Notes: a model not told the origin generated them from the letters alone. Positions 11,697-64,000 are shown, counted from the stretch's first letter. The stretch is 64,000 bases of DNA from the human T2T-CHM13v2.0 reference genome, Homo sapiens (GCF_009914755.1 NC_060938.1), one strand, 5' to 3'. Made by a program: numbers and translations.

Positions 11697-14600
11697 TCAG
11701 TAGAATCTTCATGTATAGGAAGCCAAACAGCTAACATTTAATGAGCATATACTATGTGCCTGTCATTGGAGATTAAGCAAAATATGTAGCTAGTGAAGTG
11801 ACCCTCCTCTGAGAAGAGCTGAGTAGAGGAGACAGACAACTGAGGAGTACTTACAAGGAGTATTGCACAAGTAGATTATCCACACAAGGAAAAACTTCTT
11901 ACTGAGCATGAGTTAGTCACAGCACCAGACCAGATCCAGGGAGAGGGGAAATAGATCCCACCTCTGAATGGGAAGCATGAGAGTGAGTTTGCAGGTTTCC
12001 TTAACATACCATAAGTACCTAACAGTGCCTGGAACATGGTAAGTTTGTAGTAAATGCTAGCTATCATTAGCACTATTATTTTGCCTTTTCTGAACAGTAA
12101 GTGAGTCTTGGCAAGGAAAACTCTTGCCTGGGATAGATGGATGGATGGACAGATGGAAGGAAATTACATCTCTTTCTTCATTTAGATGTTTCCTTAAATA
12201 TTGACTCATTAGAGATGCTTCCCTTGATTACCCTATATGAGATAGCATCCACACCACAACCATATCTCCATCAACTCTATCAAGTACTCTGGGCCTATTT
12301 TTCTTCATAGTACATGTCACCATCTATATCATATGCTTATTGTCTGTTTCTATTAGAGCAGGGTATTTTTGTTAGTGCTGTTAGTGTACTCAGCACATAC
12401 AGCAACATTTGGCAGACAGGTGTTGAATGAAAGAATGAACAAAAACAGAACTCATTTTACTAAAGACATTTTGATATCACTTTTGGGATAGGATACTATA
12501 CATTAAAGATGATACAGTTTATTCCAGAATGATCTTAGCTACAGTATTCATAGCACAGTATTTGTGTACTTAATACTGTTATCCATTATATCTTCCTTTG
12601 AGGTTGGCATGAGAGTTGCCCATCAGAGTATGTGTGCTCTTAGAAATCGGGACAATATTATCGTTTTAAGCTTCTTGGCAGTGTGATATGTCCTTAACTA
12701 GATGGTGAACTCATATAGGTGGAGGGGGAGTATCTAATGCTTTTGTATTCTGCTTTTCAGCAAATAAATATTACCGTACTGTGTGTGTAACACGAGCTGT
12801 ATAAATGTGTGATGATTAAATTAGAAGATAGGATTCTCTACAATCCAGTTTTCCAAGATAAATTTTTGCCTTGTTTTTGTTAGGTGATGAAGATACCATA
12901 TTGACTGTTGATACATGCCTACTTAGTCATGCTTCGCTTACAGTAATCTTAACAAATTACCAGCTTTTTACTTTTTAAGAGACAGTCCTAGAATTGAAAA
13001 TCCTCCTTTGCCTACATTCAATATGAGACTATATTATGTGGGTAGGAAACTTCTGGTGACCTACTTTTAAATTTTAAAATTAAAAAAATACTTACCTTAG
13101 TTTTAGATTCAGAAAACAGTTGCAAAGGTGGTATAGAGAGTTTCTGTATACCACACCGGCACCCAGTTTCCCCTGTTGCTAACATCTTACATGATTATGG
13201 TATATTTGTCACAACTAACAAATCAGTATTGATACATTATAACAAAACTGCATACTTTTAGGGGTAGTGGACCCAGTTTTAAAGCTTTTTTCCCACAATT
13301 TGTTAAAAATGACAATCAGTATTGAATGCCCATGGGTGGTGGCTTCCTGATTCTTAAAAGAAATGGAATAATTTTGTAACCATTGGGACTTATCAGGAAA
13401 TAAGGAGCTTATAATAATGTGCACTTAAAGTTCCAGTGGGGGAATTGTATAGCTCAACATATTGTTTTTGTAAGTTGGATATTAATAAATAAAGAGGCTG
13501 GGTGGGGTTTGATCACTATTAAAACTGATTTTTTTTTTGTTCCCTGGAAAATATGTTACTACCACATGGTCTACCCTTCGAAGATAATAGATCCTAAGAT
13601 CATTGGACAGGAAAGGGTTGCCCTGTAGTAAGAAATGTGTCCTCCTGGGACTGAGTTGAGATTTAGTTTAGGATACAAAATAAGTAGCCAATGGCTGTTG
13701 TGAGGCTGACTTCTAAAATTCAAATTGGTATAAATTTAATCTAATTCTTTTCCCCAGGACTGCCCAATTTAAGATTAAGTTTTATACTGGTGCATATTAG
13801 AGATATGGCTATTTTGCCATTTCATTGGAGCCTTTTAATCAGCTTTAATGCTGTCTTGGGTAAAGTAAAAACTTAAACTCTTTCTTTAAGGGCTTTTCTA
13901 GTTTGCCATCCTCAAAGCAGAAAAAGCAGCAATGAAGCAGTGCTGCTTCGTATCGACTCTGCTTTTATTACATTTGCTTCAATAATCCTCTTCCAGTCAT
14001 CTTCTGTGCTGCATATTTGAGCCATAAAATAAGCAAAAATTGTACCCAAATGAAAATTTCAAGTTATTTTAATGAAGCTCTGGAAACATCCCACAGCTCA
14101 GAAGATATTTTTTTCTAGTTTATTTTTTAAATTCTGGAAAGTAGGTCAGTAGACTTACCCTGCTTTAATTGGTTTAATTAGAAGTGAAAAATTATAGGAC
14201 TAACTCAATTTGAAGTACAGATTTAAATAAGAATTACACTGGGATGAATATTACTTAAGGGTTTGAATTTAAGATGCATTTAATCAAAGCTTATAATTTC
14301 TTCTTGAAAAGATTTATATTGCAAAAAGGAAGACTAAGTGTTGGAATATATCAATATATAGGGGAAAATTTTGTCATGAAATATAATATTTGATAAAATC
14401 ATTTTAGAATTGTATCTCTAAATGGTATGCCTAAGAATATTGTTCTATAGGACCTTAATAGATATGCCTTGGGGGAAAAAAGTATTGTGTGCCCAAGTAA
14501 GTTTGAGATATACTGCATTAAATATAAGAAGTTGCCTGCAACACTTCTCAGAGCCTTTAACACTTTCTGATTTCTAAGAGAGGACATATATAGGGTACAG

Positions 14601-16607
14601 TACTTTGCAAACCTATTTATCCCTGTACCACCTAGTAACATTTTTCAGGAAAATGTTTTGAGCACACAAATTTGACCTGTTTTAGGAATTCATACCTTTG
14701 ACAATGTTGAGGACCTTTTTTTTCTATTATAAAGATGATGTGATATTCACCTATATTACTTTTTCCCAATTCTCTATCTTTAAGATATTTTTCCAATGTA
14801 TTATATTCAACCCTCTGCTCAGTCCCTTCCTTCTGCTAAGTAAAGTGGTGGTTTCCATCTGTTGCTACACATCAGAAATACCTAGCTCTGACCCTGGAGA
14901 TTCTGTATGAATAGAAATGCCAGAATACCTGCTCAGGATTCTGTGTTCATTACAAACACCCAGGTGATTCTGATGCAGCCAACCCTGGTCCTCCAACTGA
15001 TGCTTTGGAATTGTTGAAGGAAAAGCATGCGTGTTTTTTTTTTTTCAAGATGGATGAGTAGCTTGGGGCATAGTTTGTGGTCCTAGAACACATGGGTTAA
15101 CCATCCATCCTAGTGAGAACGATAGCACAGGCCTCCAATGACCCCATGAGGTGATGTACTGGCTATAACCTAACATGAGATGATTATTATTAAGAAAAGC
15201 AGAATACTTCTAAATGGGCTTTTAGCCACCTTCCTAATAATGAAGTACCGTATATATGATTACCATTTGTTTTAGTTTCGAGTAATTCCCTTGTAAATGA
15301 TGTTTTATTTATTCTTTAAGAAGAATACTAGATTATATTTTCTAAATGTGCCAAGTATCTAAGAATATATTCTTTCCCCTCCTGCTGATAAGAGTTATAC
15401 ATTTAACCTTAAGCAAATCGGCCAAGATTCTATTTCATTTATGCTTTGATTTATGTGAGTATTAATGTATTTTCTGTGAAAATTGTATGGTTATATATAC
15501 TCTCCACCTAGTAAAACAGTTCCATATTCCTGGAAATAGTCTTTTACGTCCTACAAATGTAGCTGGAAAGGAATAATATAAATACTAATGGTTTGACAGA
15601 CGACTAGTCTTGACTTGTCTTGGTTGAATAGTGTTCTATTAGCAACAATATATGAAATACTAGACACACCCATTAAAAGTAGAAAATACCCACTACTGTT
15701 TTAAAATTATTCTGCAAGATCTCACTAATGCAATGAGACATAAAACAGAAATAATGGGTGTAATTATTGAAAATTGGAGATAAAATTTCTATTACTTGCA
15801 AACAAAATTCTCTATGTCAAAAACCTGATAAGTTAAACAATACAGTTAATATGTTTAATAGAACTAATTAGATATGAGAGGCATCCAAAATCCATTTTTT
15901 CTATACAAACATGGTTTGATATATACAGTCTTGTTTTATCTGTGTATTAATTGGCTTATGAAATAATAGAAAAATCAAGTATGCATTATTAGGTTAAAGA
16001 AGCAGGAGAGACAGAGCTATAAAAACTAAGAAGAATGTTGTAAGGAGGGCTTAGCAACCAGGATAAATGTTGTAGAGAGATCAATTAAAGTGATGGCCTA
16101 GAGATCATGGGCTTCCTTTGGCAGAGCCATGTTGGTGAAGTGAAGGAAGTGTAAGCCAGACCACAGTGGTTGAAGAATGAATGTAATGTAAGAGCCAAGA
16201 CATTTATTTGAGTTTGATAGTTATGAAAAAGAACGAGAATTTTCTTATTGCTGTTGTTTTTGCCATTTCATGTTCAAAACCCTTTATCTCCCATGTGGGA
16301 CTGAAAACTCCTCCAAGACAGGATCTCTGTTTCTGTGAGGCCTGTAGTACTTAGTACATCCTTGAATGTGTGAGGCTCTCATTGGTTATAAGTTTAATTC
16401 CTGACTGTGGATGAAAGCTTTAAAACTTTGTGGGCAAAATACAGAATGAATTTCAGTGAGTTCCCATGTATTAAATAAGGTGGTGCTGGCTGGAGATATG
16501 CTGTCCCTGTGCCCACAATAGTAGTGGTGCTGTGCTTATCTTCCTGACGCGCTCTTCGCAGTCTTCACCGCCTTTCTTCAGGAGTCTCCCCTTTGGCTTT
16601 TTCACAG

Positions 16608-54938
<38,331 letters not shown>

Positions 54939-56154
54939 AGTCCGTCTGTGTGCAGCTGTACAGGCAGCTTACTGTTTGCTAGAGGATGCGAAAGTCATAA
55001 GTTCTTTACATATTACTTGTGCCATATCTTCTTCACCCTAAACATAGCTCTTTCTTTATAATATTTGTGATGATGGAAACAAAAGCCTTGGAACAATTGC
55101 ACTTTAAGTATTACACAGAAGTAAAAGAACTACAGAAAATGTACAGCAAGACAAGTGCCCGGAAGTTCACTGATCCTTCAGAAGGAAATGCGCTTTACTG
55201 ATTGCAAAGCCTTCAGAATATTGGAGTGTGGTGTGTTTGCTCATCTGATGCTTTTTAGTTCAGTTACATGTAACATCACATTTTTTTATCACGTGAAAGA
55301 TGTTAGATTTGTTTGCTTATAAATTTTTTACCACTCCCACATAAAATGCTCATAGTTTGGGAGAGGAAAGAGGGAAGATTCTCTCTTCTTTTAACAGAGA
55401 GATGATTGCTCTGTATACCCATTGCTTCCTCCCTGAGGCTGTCCCAAAGTGAACACTGATGGAGTGGTCAAAATCATAAGGTTGTAGCAAGCCAAAGATA
55501 CGTATGTGACAGAAGCACATAAGCAATAAGCAGAAAACCAGAAGTGCATGCTGTGATGCCTGTGACTCCTTCATCCCGCTCAGTGCCATGTCCTCTTTTG
55601 TGATCTTCCAGAAAGCTCCAGGATTCATTTGAGTTCCACATCCAAGTAACAGATGAATTATATTCATGTTGTAATGCATTTTGTGGAGTTTACAAAACCA
55701 GTGTCTGTTAAAACTTTGGAAAATGTCTTAGAAAACGTTGGTGCTTGGTGATGCTTTATTTGTTTAATTATCAAGAACAAATTATGGCAATGCTAGTTTC
55801 TGCTTAACCAAAATACTCTGTGTATATATTATACATATATAAATACATGGGATTGTGTATGTCTATATGTGTTTAAAGCTTACTATGTCTTCATTTTGGC
55901 TTCCATGACTATCTTTTATACATGGAATTCCTTAAGATTGAGAATATGTCACTGAGTGAATGATACCTGCAGACAGTCAGTTGATATATGTAGAGTTCAG
56001 AATGACTGTTTTCTCATGTGCCTTTGGCCATGATTCTCAACACTGATTGTATAACAGAATTTTGGGGGGAGCTTTTAAAAAATAATGACTGAGTCTCCCA
56101 CCAGACCGATTACATCATTCTCTTGTGGCGGGACCCAAGTAGAATTGCCTTTTC

Positions 56155-56205
56155 TTTTAAAGTTCTCCAGATGGAGCTAATATGCAACAAAGTTGAAAAC
56201 CACTG
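56155..56205. mobile_element. MER5-like terminal fragment inside the 3'UTR
   Basis: ttttaaagttctccagatg...ctaatatgcaacaaagttgaaaaccactg resembles a MER5 end. Confidence 0.5.
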
Positions 56206-57610
56206 ATCCTGGGGGTGTCTTGTTAATTTTGAAGTAAAAGTGTACAGAAGACGTAGTGTATGAGAAAGGGCCATTTTTAAGACAGTTACCTGTTGTGCTG
56301 CTGTTACAATATATAATGAAACCAAGTCAGGGGAGTGAATTTATCAATCTTTTGATGTAAAGTAAAAACGTAGTTCACACTTCAGGAGAGAACTTCATAG
56401 CACAATGTCTTTCTATAAGATATTTTTAATGATTTAGTATTTTACAACATTTGTTTACCATATTTTGATATACCATTTTTTTCTATCTGCCCAGTTTTAT
56501 TAAAAAAACTATATATTATTTTCTAAAGAAACAATCATATTTTTATACAAAATTATGTTTTCAGGTAACGAAATAGATGTAGGGTACAGTGGAACATAAG
56601 CAGTGTTACCCCTGGCTGGGAGTCAGTATTATACAACAAATGGTGAGCTGGAACATGCCCTGTCTGTGCTGTCCCTCCTGTGCTGGGTCGCGGATGTGTA
56701 GGCAACATTGCCTTATCACGCTAGGTTCACCTGACACTTTAAAAGGAAAAAAAGTTCCATAGAGTTCTGTGGTCACAAAATTGTTTTGCTTTTATCAAAT
56801 ACTTTAATAGAACCAAAGTTGCAGATATTGGAATGTATGGAAGTATCTCAGTCTCTGCATAAGAGGATTAAAGTATGAAAGGATCATTTAATGACTGTTT
56901 TACTTATAAGTCATTAAGTAATCCACCATTTCTTATGGATGATGCTTAAGCCTGGTGAGGTTTGTACTCTAAGGAGCCCAGATCATAATGCAGTGCATTT
57001 CCTTAGCCCTTAGAGTTTCTTGCAAACATTTAAAAAAAGACATATTTAAGAAAGAAAGATAAAGAAAAAACATATTTAATTACTGTAAACAGGTACTGCT
57101 TTATGTTTATTTTCTCTCTACTTCAACCAAAATCAGATCTTTGAGGTTTTGCTGACATTGTTGGTGGTTTTGCACATGTTCTTTCTAATTGGATTTATGA
57201 ATAGTTCTATGGGTTTTCAAAGATGAATCATGCTAAGAACACTTCTGCTTTTTGATCCACTGTTTGCAGCAGAATTATATATATGTATAGGAAAAATCCA
57301 CTTTGAATAATCCATGTTTTGTATTTGGAAATTGTTTTTAAAAATAAAAAGGAAAGGAAATATATAAAGCTGTTATTTATTCTGCATTTCTTACATATCT
57401 ATCGCTTGTCAGTATACCCGTTTTGGTATATATTGCCTCTGCACATCTACATTTGTATATGCAACAGTGAGCTTTATATCTACATAAACTGTAAATAATC
57501 CTTTCTGTGAAAGGATCATCATATCAAGATGATACCAAAAGTATGTAAAAAGAAACCTGCATTATTTTGTAATTATTTCTTATAGATATTTCATGGTAAG
57601 ATTAGCAGTC

Positions 57611-57616
57611 AATAAA
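57611..57616 (+). terminator. Main polyadenylation signal AATAAA
   Basis: Canonical hexamer with upstream TGTA motifs and a downstream T-rich tract (gcctttttgatt); a second AATAAA lies at 57343-57348. Confidence 0.75.
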
Positions 57617-59465
57617 GTTACTTTTTTGCCTTTAAATTGCCTTTTTGATTATTAGAGCTCTCAAGCGAGAAGCATTAAGGAGTGACAGTGTTTTCTTCAT
57701 GTTCTTTGCTGTAATGGAGCACAGTAAAGGACAACAAGGTTCCATGTGATAGAATTCCAAGTAAAACAGTCCTGGTGGTGACGATGGTAATAACTGATGC
57801 TGAGTACTACCATGTGCCAGACCCAGTTTCACATGTATTCAGATTTCATGTGTTCAGTCATTTAATCCTCATATCCCCAGAAGGCAGGTACTATTATTAT
57901 TCTTAGTTGCAGATGTGAAGGAATCAAGCTTCCAGGAGTTTGTGGTAGTCAGCCACTGTTGAGTTCAAATTATGGAGCTGAAAAAAACTCTCCTTTAAAA
58001 GGAAATATTTTAACCAAAATAAGTAACTTAAACCTGAAAACCGTCATCATTGGACTGTTGGTTTAATTATAAAATAAACAAATGGTTGCATTTAAAAGCA
58101 TGCATTCACAAAGCTGAACGTGAGGGCAGCATGGCATTAAGGAAAGAGCCCAGAGTTGAGAGTCAACAGCATTCCGAAAAGCCCCAGCTCTTTTTCTGAA
58201 GGGAAATCCATTACCTTCTCTTTGCGCCACTTCTCTTGGCCAAAAAATGGAGTTAATAATTTAAAGGACTGTTTGGAGAATTAGATAAGGTAATGGTTGA
58301 GTATGCCCCTGATGACTAGGTGGGAAAAGGAGGGCTGTCAAATCTGACATTTAACTTTTGTGAAACAGAGCCATTTGGATTCACACGGTCCAAAACAAGT
58401 TTTCTAGTCAAGTGTTACGAATTTTGCAGTGTCTGATAAATTGTGATTTGGAGTCCAGGAAAGAAAATACTTGGTACCTACTATGCATCTAATAGTACAA
58501 ACACCGTGTCTAATCCTCACAACCCTTCAAGGAGTTGTCTGTCACTCGCATTTCACAGCTGAGGAAACAGTTAAACTTGCCCACGACTCTACAGCTAGTG
58601 AGTGGTAAAGCAGAGTTTTAAACCCAAACTTTTCTCCAAAAGCCTTGCTTTTTTTTTTTATACTGTATACAGTTGTTACCCACTGCCCTTAAAGAAAGAT
58701 CAGAGCCTAATAGGGAAGACAGACTCCAATTTTGATAGCGGATAAATGAAATTTATTTGCTAACTTCGTAATTTTTTTGAGCATCTACTGTGTGCCAGAC
58801 TATATAGAGGGCTTATATAGGCATTGCTTTGGCCAAGAGGCAGTAAAGACCTGGGAGGTGGGGAATGGGAGGCAGGAAGATCAGAGAAGCTTTTACTGGA
58901 AAGGCAATTTTATTTGCATGGGGACTTCTGGCAGGATGGAGTAAGGGGCAAACTATCCAGGCAAAAGCTTAGAAGGTGGAGATAACAGTGGTCAGTCAAG
59001 GGACCTGCAAGAACCTCAAGGGGCCTTTTGGCTTGAGTAATCATGCTCCAATCTAGCCATGAAAGCCTTGGACGCCCAAATGAGGACACTGAGTTTTTTC
59101 TGGACAGAACGGAGCTATAAAAGGAAGAGACGTGTGTTTGGGGCTTGAGAGAAATAATGAGAGCCATGCTAACAAAAGGTGGGGAGACAGTTGGAAGGTG
59201 ATGAGGGTCTGAACTGAGGGTGTTGTAGCAAAGAAAAAAGGAAAACATTCAAAAGCAGAACCAAGGGACTGTGTTACACACAAACAGAAGGTTGTCATCT
59301 CCTAAACTAAATACAACCAGAGAAGTAGGCAATCTTCCCTTACTTGGCAAAGTCCTTGGGAAGACTAGAGTTAAGTACTACTTTATAATATGAATTAAAA
59401 TCCACTCGATAAATTTGTTGAGTGTTAAAAATTGGCACAATGGCTACAACTGCTCTAGTCTATGG

Positions 59466-59613
59466 CAGTGGTTCTCAAACCTGACTGCATGTTAGAATGA
59501 CCTAGAGAGTTTAAAACAGTATAGTCTGGGTCCCAGCCCAAAGCTTCTGATATATTTGGTCTCAGGGTAGTTCCACAAGTGATGCTAATGTGCATCAGGG
59601 TTGCAACCCATGG
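59466..59613 (+). mobile_element. MER5-family hAT element
   Basis: cagtggttctcaaac...gtgatgctaatgtgcatcagggttgcaacccatg termini. Confidence 0.75.
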
Positions 59614-62177
59614 GTCTATAACATGAGCCCGAGCCATATAGACCAGGCAGGCTATCTGCTCCTGAACTGGTATGATCTACAGTTAGGATGGATCGGGTCT
59701 CCAGAGTGTCTGGGTATATTGCATTTTGTTAGAATGACGTTTTCTTTTGCCAATAAAGCTGTCAGAGAGTGGACCAGTGTTTGAGTGGGGCAGTCAACTC
59801 ACCATTTCAGAAAGTCTGAATACACCCACATTCTAGAGATCAGGGTGTTACATATGACTGGCTAAGTATGAGGGTGGGGATAATGTGAGTACGGTAAAAT
59901 ATTTAAAAATCTCCTCCCTATCATTCTTGTATTTGCCTTGTCATTTCTCTAGTGCTTTATACAAGCTGATCCCCACACAGAGGAATAATGAAAATAAGTA
60001 AGCTAAATTCCACCCAGCCCTTAGGTTCTGAAGACATGTATTTTGAATTAATGGAGAAGTCTGACCTCTGAGAAGTCCTGCTCAGATGCTATGAGCCATT
60101 GTAGGGGATAAAGTTATATATTCTCAAGAGACTAATTGAAGGTCTATGAACATGGCACAGCTATAATTAACCAACTCATTACTTAGGATGGGTGTTTACC
60201 CATCTGGTGTCAACTGTAGTCAGCTGAGGGATCCTCAATTTATTACTGTCATTACTGCAAGATGGATTTCATAAGAACAGATAGTTCCCAACTTAGGAAG
60301 GAAGACTCAGTTCCAAATTTGCTTCTAAATTGGTTGTTTGACATTTAGAACACACGTCCCCAGCCTCCCTAACTAGCTCATAAATGCCTGTTCAACACAG
60401 AGATATTAATAGAGATGACTTTTTTTTCTGTGTATTAGTAATCATCTGTCAAAGAGGCAGGCCCACAACATAAATAAGGTAGGTGGAGTGACCCCACAAC
60501 CAGATAGAGATGATATACCCCCTGTAGACCAGTAGTTCAATCTTCCGGTTTTACTTCTCATAGTACATTCATGCCCTACTATGGATAACAGTAGAAGAAA
60601 GCTTCAGGCAAGCCATGCCAAGATGAAGCAGCTCTTAGCCAGTTTTCCCTTGGAGTTCCATGAGGGATGCATCCACTGTTTTCTCATCCACACCCTCTAG
60701 TCCAGAGCTGCTCAGGCTGCTCTGCCATCATGAAAGAGTAGGCTAGAACAGGCCCTTTTCTCCTGACCTGCAGAGGTGGAAGAGGATAGGTCTAGGAGCT
60801 ACTCTAAGGAGCAGAGGCCCCAGGGTCTTCTTTAGACTCTACTGCTGAATTGCTAGAGTAGGAATAACAGGCTTTAAGAGAGAAGGTAACGAGCCTGTAT
60901 TGGGGCCTTTAAATGCAACATCAATAGGAATGTGTAAGACCATAAAGTCCATGGGAGGATTTCAAAGAAGACTGAAACAAATTGATATACCCTATTCCTA
61001 AAAGGAAAGAATGATATAAGTGTCAAGTTTTCCCATCAATTCCAATCAAAATCCCAAATAAAACATTTCAGCCATGACGGAAAGATGGGTATTACTTTTA
61101 CCCTCCCACCTTAAATAATTAAAAATAGAAAAAATATGAATAAAAAATGTTTTTTAGACATTTGACAATAGGTAGAGCAGTAGAGTAGCCCCCAGAGAAG
61201 GAAACTAAACAAGGTGAGCATGATCAATGCCTCATCTGACAGCCTGAGTGTTCCCAGGCCACAGCACAGACAGGAGGAAATTAAATGGATCCCAGAAGTC
61301 TCCCTGAATTGAGAAGGCAGAGTTGAGAATTTAGGTAGGCCAAGGTGGCCAGAGTTCACAGGGCAGAGTACCAGAGAAAGAGCTGTGCAGAGTGAAGGGG
61401 AAGGCCATGAAGATCCGCAGAAGGTTCCCCTCCAGCCTTCAGCTCAGTGCTGATCTGCAAGTACCTGTGAGGAAAGCACCGAGGCAGGGAGTGAGCCAGG
61501 AGAAAAGAACAAAACCATCCCTGGAGCTCATGTAAGGCCAAGAACAGTTTCAGTCCCCACCAAGTATAATGAAAAAGCCTTGTAATACATGGGACACCTC
61601 ATAAAGGACTCAAGGGTGTTGCTCCGGTCCTGCCTAACAAAGCTTAAAAAGCAACCAGCCTTTTTAAATATTGAAAGAAAAATGCTATCCACTTAGAATT
61701 TTATACCTAGCAAAAATCTCTTTCAAAAACAAAGATGAAATAAAACCTTTCTCACGCATACAAAAGCTGAAAGAATTCAACACCAGAGCTGCACAAGGAA
61801 TGTTAATGGAAGTCTTTTAGGCCAAGAAAAAAAAAAAAAAGCCAGATTAAAAAAACTACATCTACACAAAGAATGAAGAGCCCCAGAAATGGTAACTTGT
61901 GGGCAAATACAAAAGTTTTAAAAAATATTTTAAATCTCTTTACAAAATAATCAACTATTTAAAGCAAAAATAAAAACAATGCATTGTGGGGTTTGTGACA
62001 TATGTAAAAAGTAAAATGTCTCACCACAATAGCAGAAAGAAAAAAATGAAAGTATACTGTTGTAGGTTTCTTATGCTATATTTGAAATGGTATAATATTA
62101 CTTAAAGATGGACTATGATAGTTTAAAGATGTATACTATAAACTCTAGAACAACCACTAGAAATAAAGCAAAGAGGC

Positions 62178-62505
62178 AGCCAGGCACGGTGGCTCACACC
62201 TGTAATCCCAGCACTTTGGGAGGCTCAGGCGGGAGGATCACGAGGTCAGGAGATCAAGACCATCCTGGCTAACATGATGAAACCCCGTCTCTACTAAAAA
62301 TACAAAAAAAAAAAAAAAAAAAATTAGCCGGGCGTGGTGGCGGACACCTGTAGTCCCAGCTACTCAGGAGGCTGAGGCAGGAGAATGGCGTGATCCCCGG
62401 AAGCGGAGCTTGCAGTGAGCCAAGATTGTGCCACTGCACTCCAGCCTGGGCGACAGAGCGAGACTCCATCTCAAAAATAAATAAATAAATAAATAAATAA
62501 ATAAA
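62178..62505 (+). mobile_element. AluY with (TAAA)n tail, inserted into an old L1
   Basis: Diagnostics gaccatcctggctaac, gagaatggcgtga, gcggagcttgcagtg; TSD caaagaggca. Confidence 0.93.
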
Positions 62506-62809
62506 TGAAACAAAGAGGCATAAGTGATAGAGTAGAATAAGAAAATAATAAACTGAAAAGAAGGCACACAAAAAGGGAAAAAGGGTCGAAAACAAATAGG
62601 GCAAGTAAAAAAATAGAAAACTGGTACATTCAAACCCAGCCATACCAATAATCAAACTAAATGTAAAATTGACCCCAAAGACATTACAAGGACTAGCCAA
62701 GAATATTTTGAAATATAGACCCAATGAGGAGGTATTTACCTTTCCAGATGCAAACACACTATAGGGCTCCTGTTATTAACGATACTAACACAACAATAGC
62801 CATTTAGGG

Positions 62810-63034
62810 CAAGGACTGGCAAAGTTTTCCCATAAAGGACCAAAGAGTAAATATTTTGGACTTTGCCATCATACCGTCTCTGTTGCAACTACTTTAACAC
62901 TGCCACTGCAGCCTGAAAGCAGCCATCGTCAATATGTAAACAAATGAGCATGGCTGTGTTCCAATAAAACTTTATTTACAAAAAACAGGCAGCAGGCTGG
63001 ATTTAGCTCACAGGCTGTGGTTTGCCAATCCCTG
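62810..63034 (+). mobile_element. MER58A (hAT-Charlie)
   Basis: ggctgtgttccaataaaactttatttacaaaa...gtttgccaatccctg; 8-bp TSD atttaggg / atttagag. Confidence 0.88.
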
Positions 63035-64000
63035 ATTTAGAGCAATGTAACAGACAAAGAATCCAGGAACAGACGAATCTACAAATGGGAACTGAGTATA
63101 TAAAACACACAGCATTTCAAATCATAGAGGGAAAGGTGGATTATGCAATAGTTAATGCTGAAAAAATTAGCTTTCTTTTGAAAAATAAAATTAAATCTCA
63201 GTCTTTTACCTTACACAAAAATAAATAGCTAAATACTTAAAAATTAAAACTATCAAAGTATTAGAGGGCAATAGAGAAAGTTTAGGGCGGGGAAACTTCC
63301 CTAAAATCCACACATTACTCCCAAGTCACACAAAAAATTTGATAAATTTGAAATCAAAAAAAGGCTGAAAAACTCTTTATACCATTACCTGAAGATAGGT
63401 GACATGGGGAAAATATCTACAACTTTTACAAATACAAATAATTGGGTCTATAGCATATTAAGAGATTCTGCAAACTCCCAAACAACACAGTAGAAATATT
63501 AGAGGGATCTATGCATGGGCAATTCACAGAGGAAAAATTTTAAAACAGCTTATAAATGTGGGAAAAGCTGTTCAACCTTACCAGTAACAAGTTAACCAAA
63601 CATTAATATACTGATTTTTTTGTCTATCAAACTGACAAGTTAAAATGATTGATAATATCTAGTGTTTGTAAGAGTGTGAAGAAATAGATACCTTCATAAT
63701 TTTTTATCATAGTGTAAATTAATACTGCATTTTTGTAGGACGATTTGGTAGTTTCTACCAAAATTTTGAATAAAATTACCTTGCAACTCAACGATTTGAT
63801 TTCTAAATATTTATCCTATAGAAATAAACATAAAAATTTAAGAGTATTGATTTGAAAAGAGAAACATGTTATACAATCTAGGTGTCAAATAAATATTGGC
63901 ACAATCTTATTATGGAGTTAAAAATAATAAAGGAGTTAAAAATAATAAATGGTTCAGATGCACAGACATTAAAATATCTTCAGCATTTGTTATGTACAAA

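Larger units (their letters stand above)
54939..57635 (+). other. FRMD6: FRMD6 3'UTR (~2.7 kb)
   Basis: Runs from the stop codon to about 20 nt past AATAAA 57611; AU-rich, almost repeat-free, many miRNA seed matches; end is approximate. Confidence 0.8.
60980..63940 (+). mobile_element. Composite old L1M region (ORF1/ORF2 relics) with nested AluY and MER58A
   Basis: caattccaatcaaaatccca; agaattttatacctagcaaaaatctctttcaaaa; ttacacaaaaataaat; gggcaattcacagagga. Confidence 0.7.

Noticed and set aside
10940-12890. Intronic YAG|GT juxtapositions (~10950, ~11157, ~12883) as recursive splice sites
   Set aside because: The donor halves are weak (gtaaaa, gtactg, gtgatg), and such motifs are common by chance in AT-rich introns.

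Overview
Human (primate) genomic DNA, AT-rich and repeat-dense. The window holds the whole protein-coding part of FRMD6 (Willin), a FERM-domain Hippo-pathway regulator related to Drosophila Expanded, on the + strand. There are 13 coding exons from ATG 16754 to TAA 54938. They splice at GT-AG sites into 1869 nt (622 aa), or 614 aa if the proximal donor at 28052 is used. A ~2.7 kb 3'UTR ends near AATAAA 57611. No promoter or first exon is visible, so 1-16607 is read as 5' intron. Introns and the 3' flank carry a 3'-truncated 5S rRNA pseudogene, a full-length U6 retrocopy with poly(A) and target-site duplication (TSD), nine Alu/FLAM copies, L1/L2/MIR relics, MaLR LTRs and DNA-transposon fossils (MADE1, MER20, MER5, MER58). 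I see no new gene or prokaryote-type system; ORF-track entries outside the exons look like noise. The best leads are regulatory. (1) A duplicated every-third-residue Ser/Thr ladder ends in a TSGxxS degron-like motif. (2) A 5' splice site 1 nt inside coding exon 9 would, if used, give an in-frame 58-aa deletion. (3) Three uORFs include a TGATG stop-start overlap. (4) A candidate poison exon lies near a UG repeat. (5) A ~340 bp AT-rich inverted duplication sits next to an alternative donor. (6) Paired miR-200-family 8mers lie in the 3'UTR. Repeat-family calls and boundaries of old repeats are by eye and approximate.
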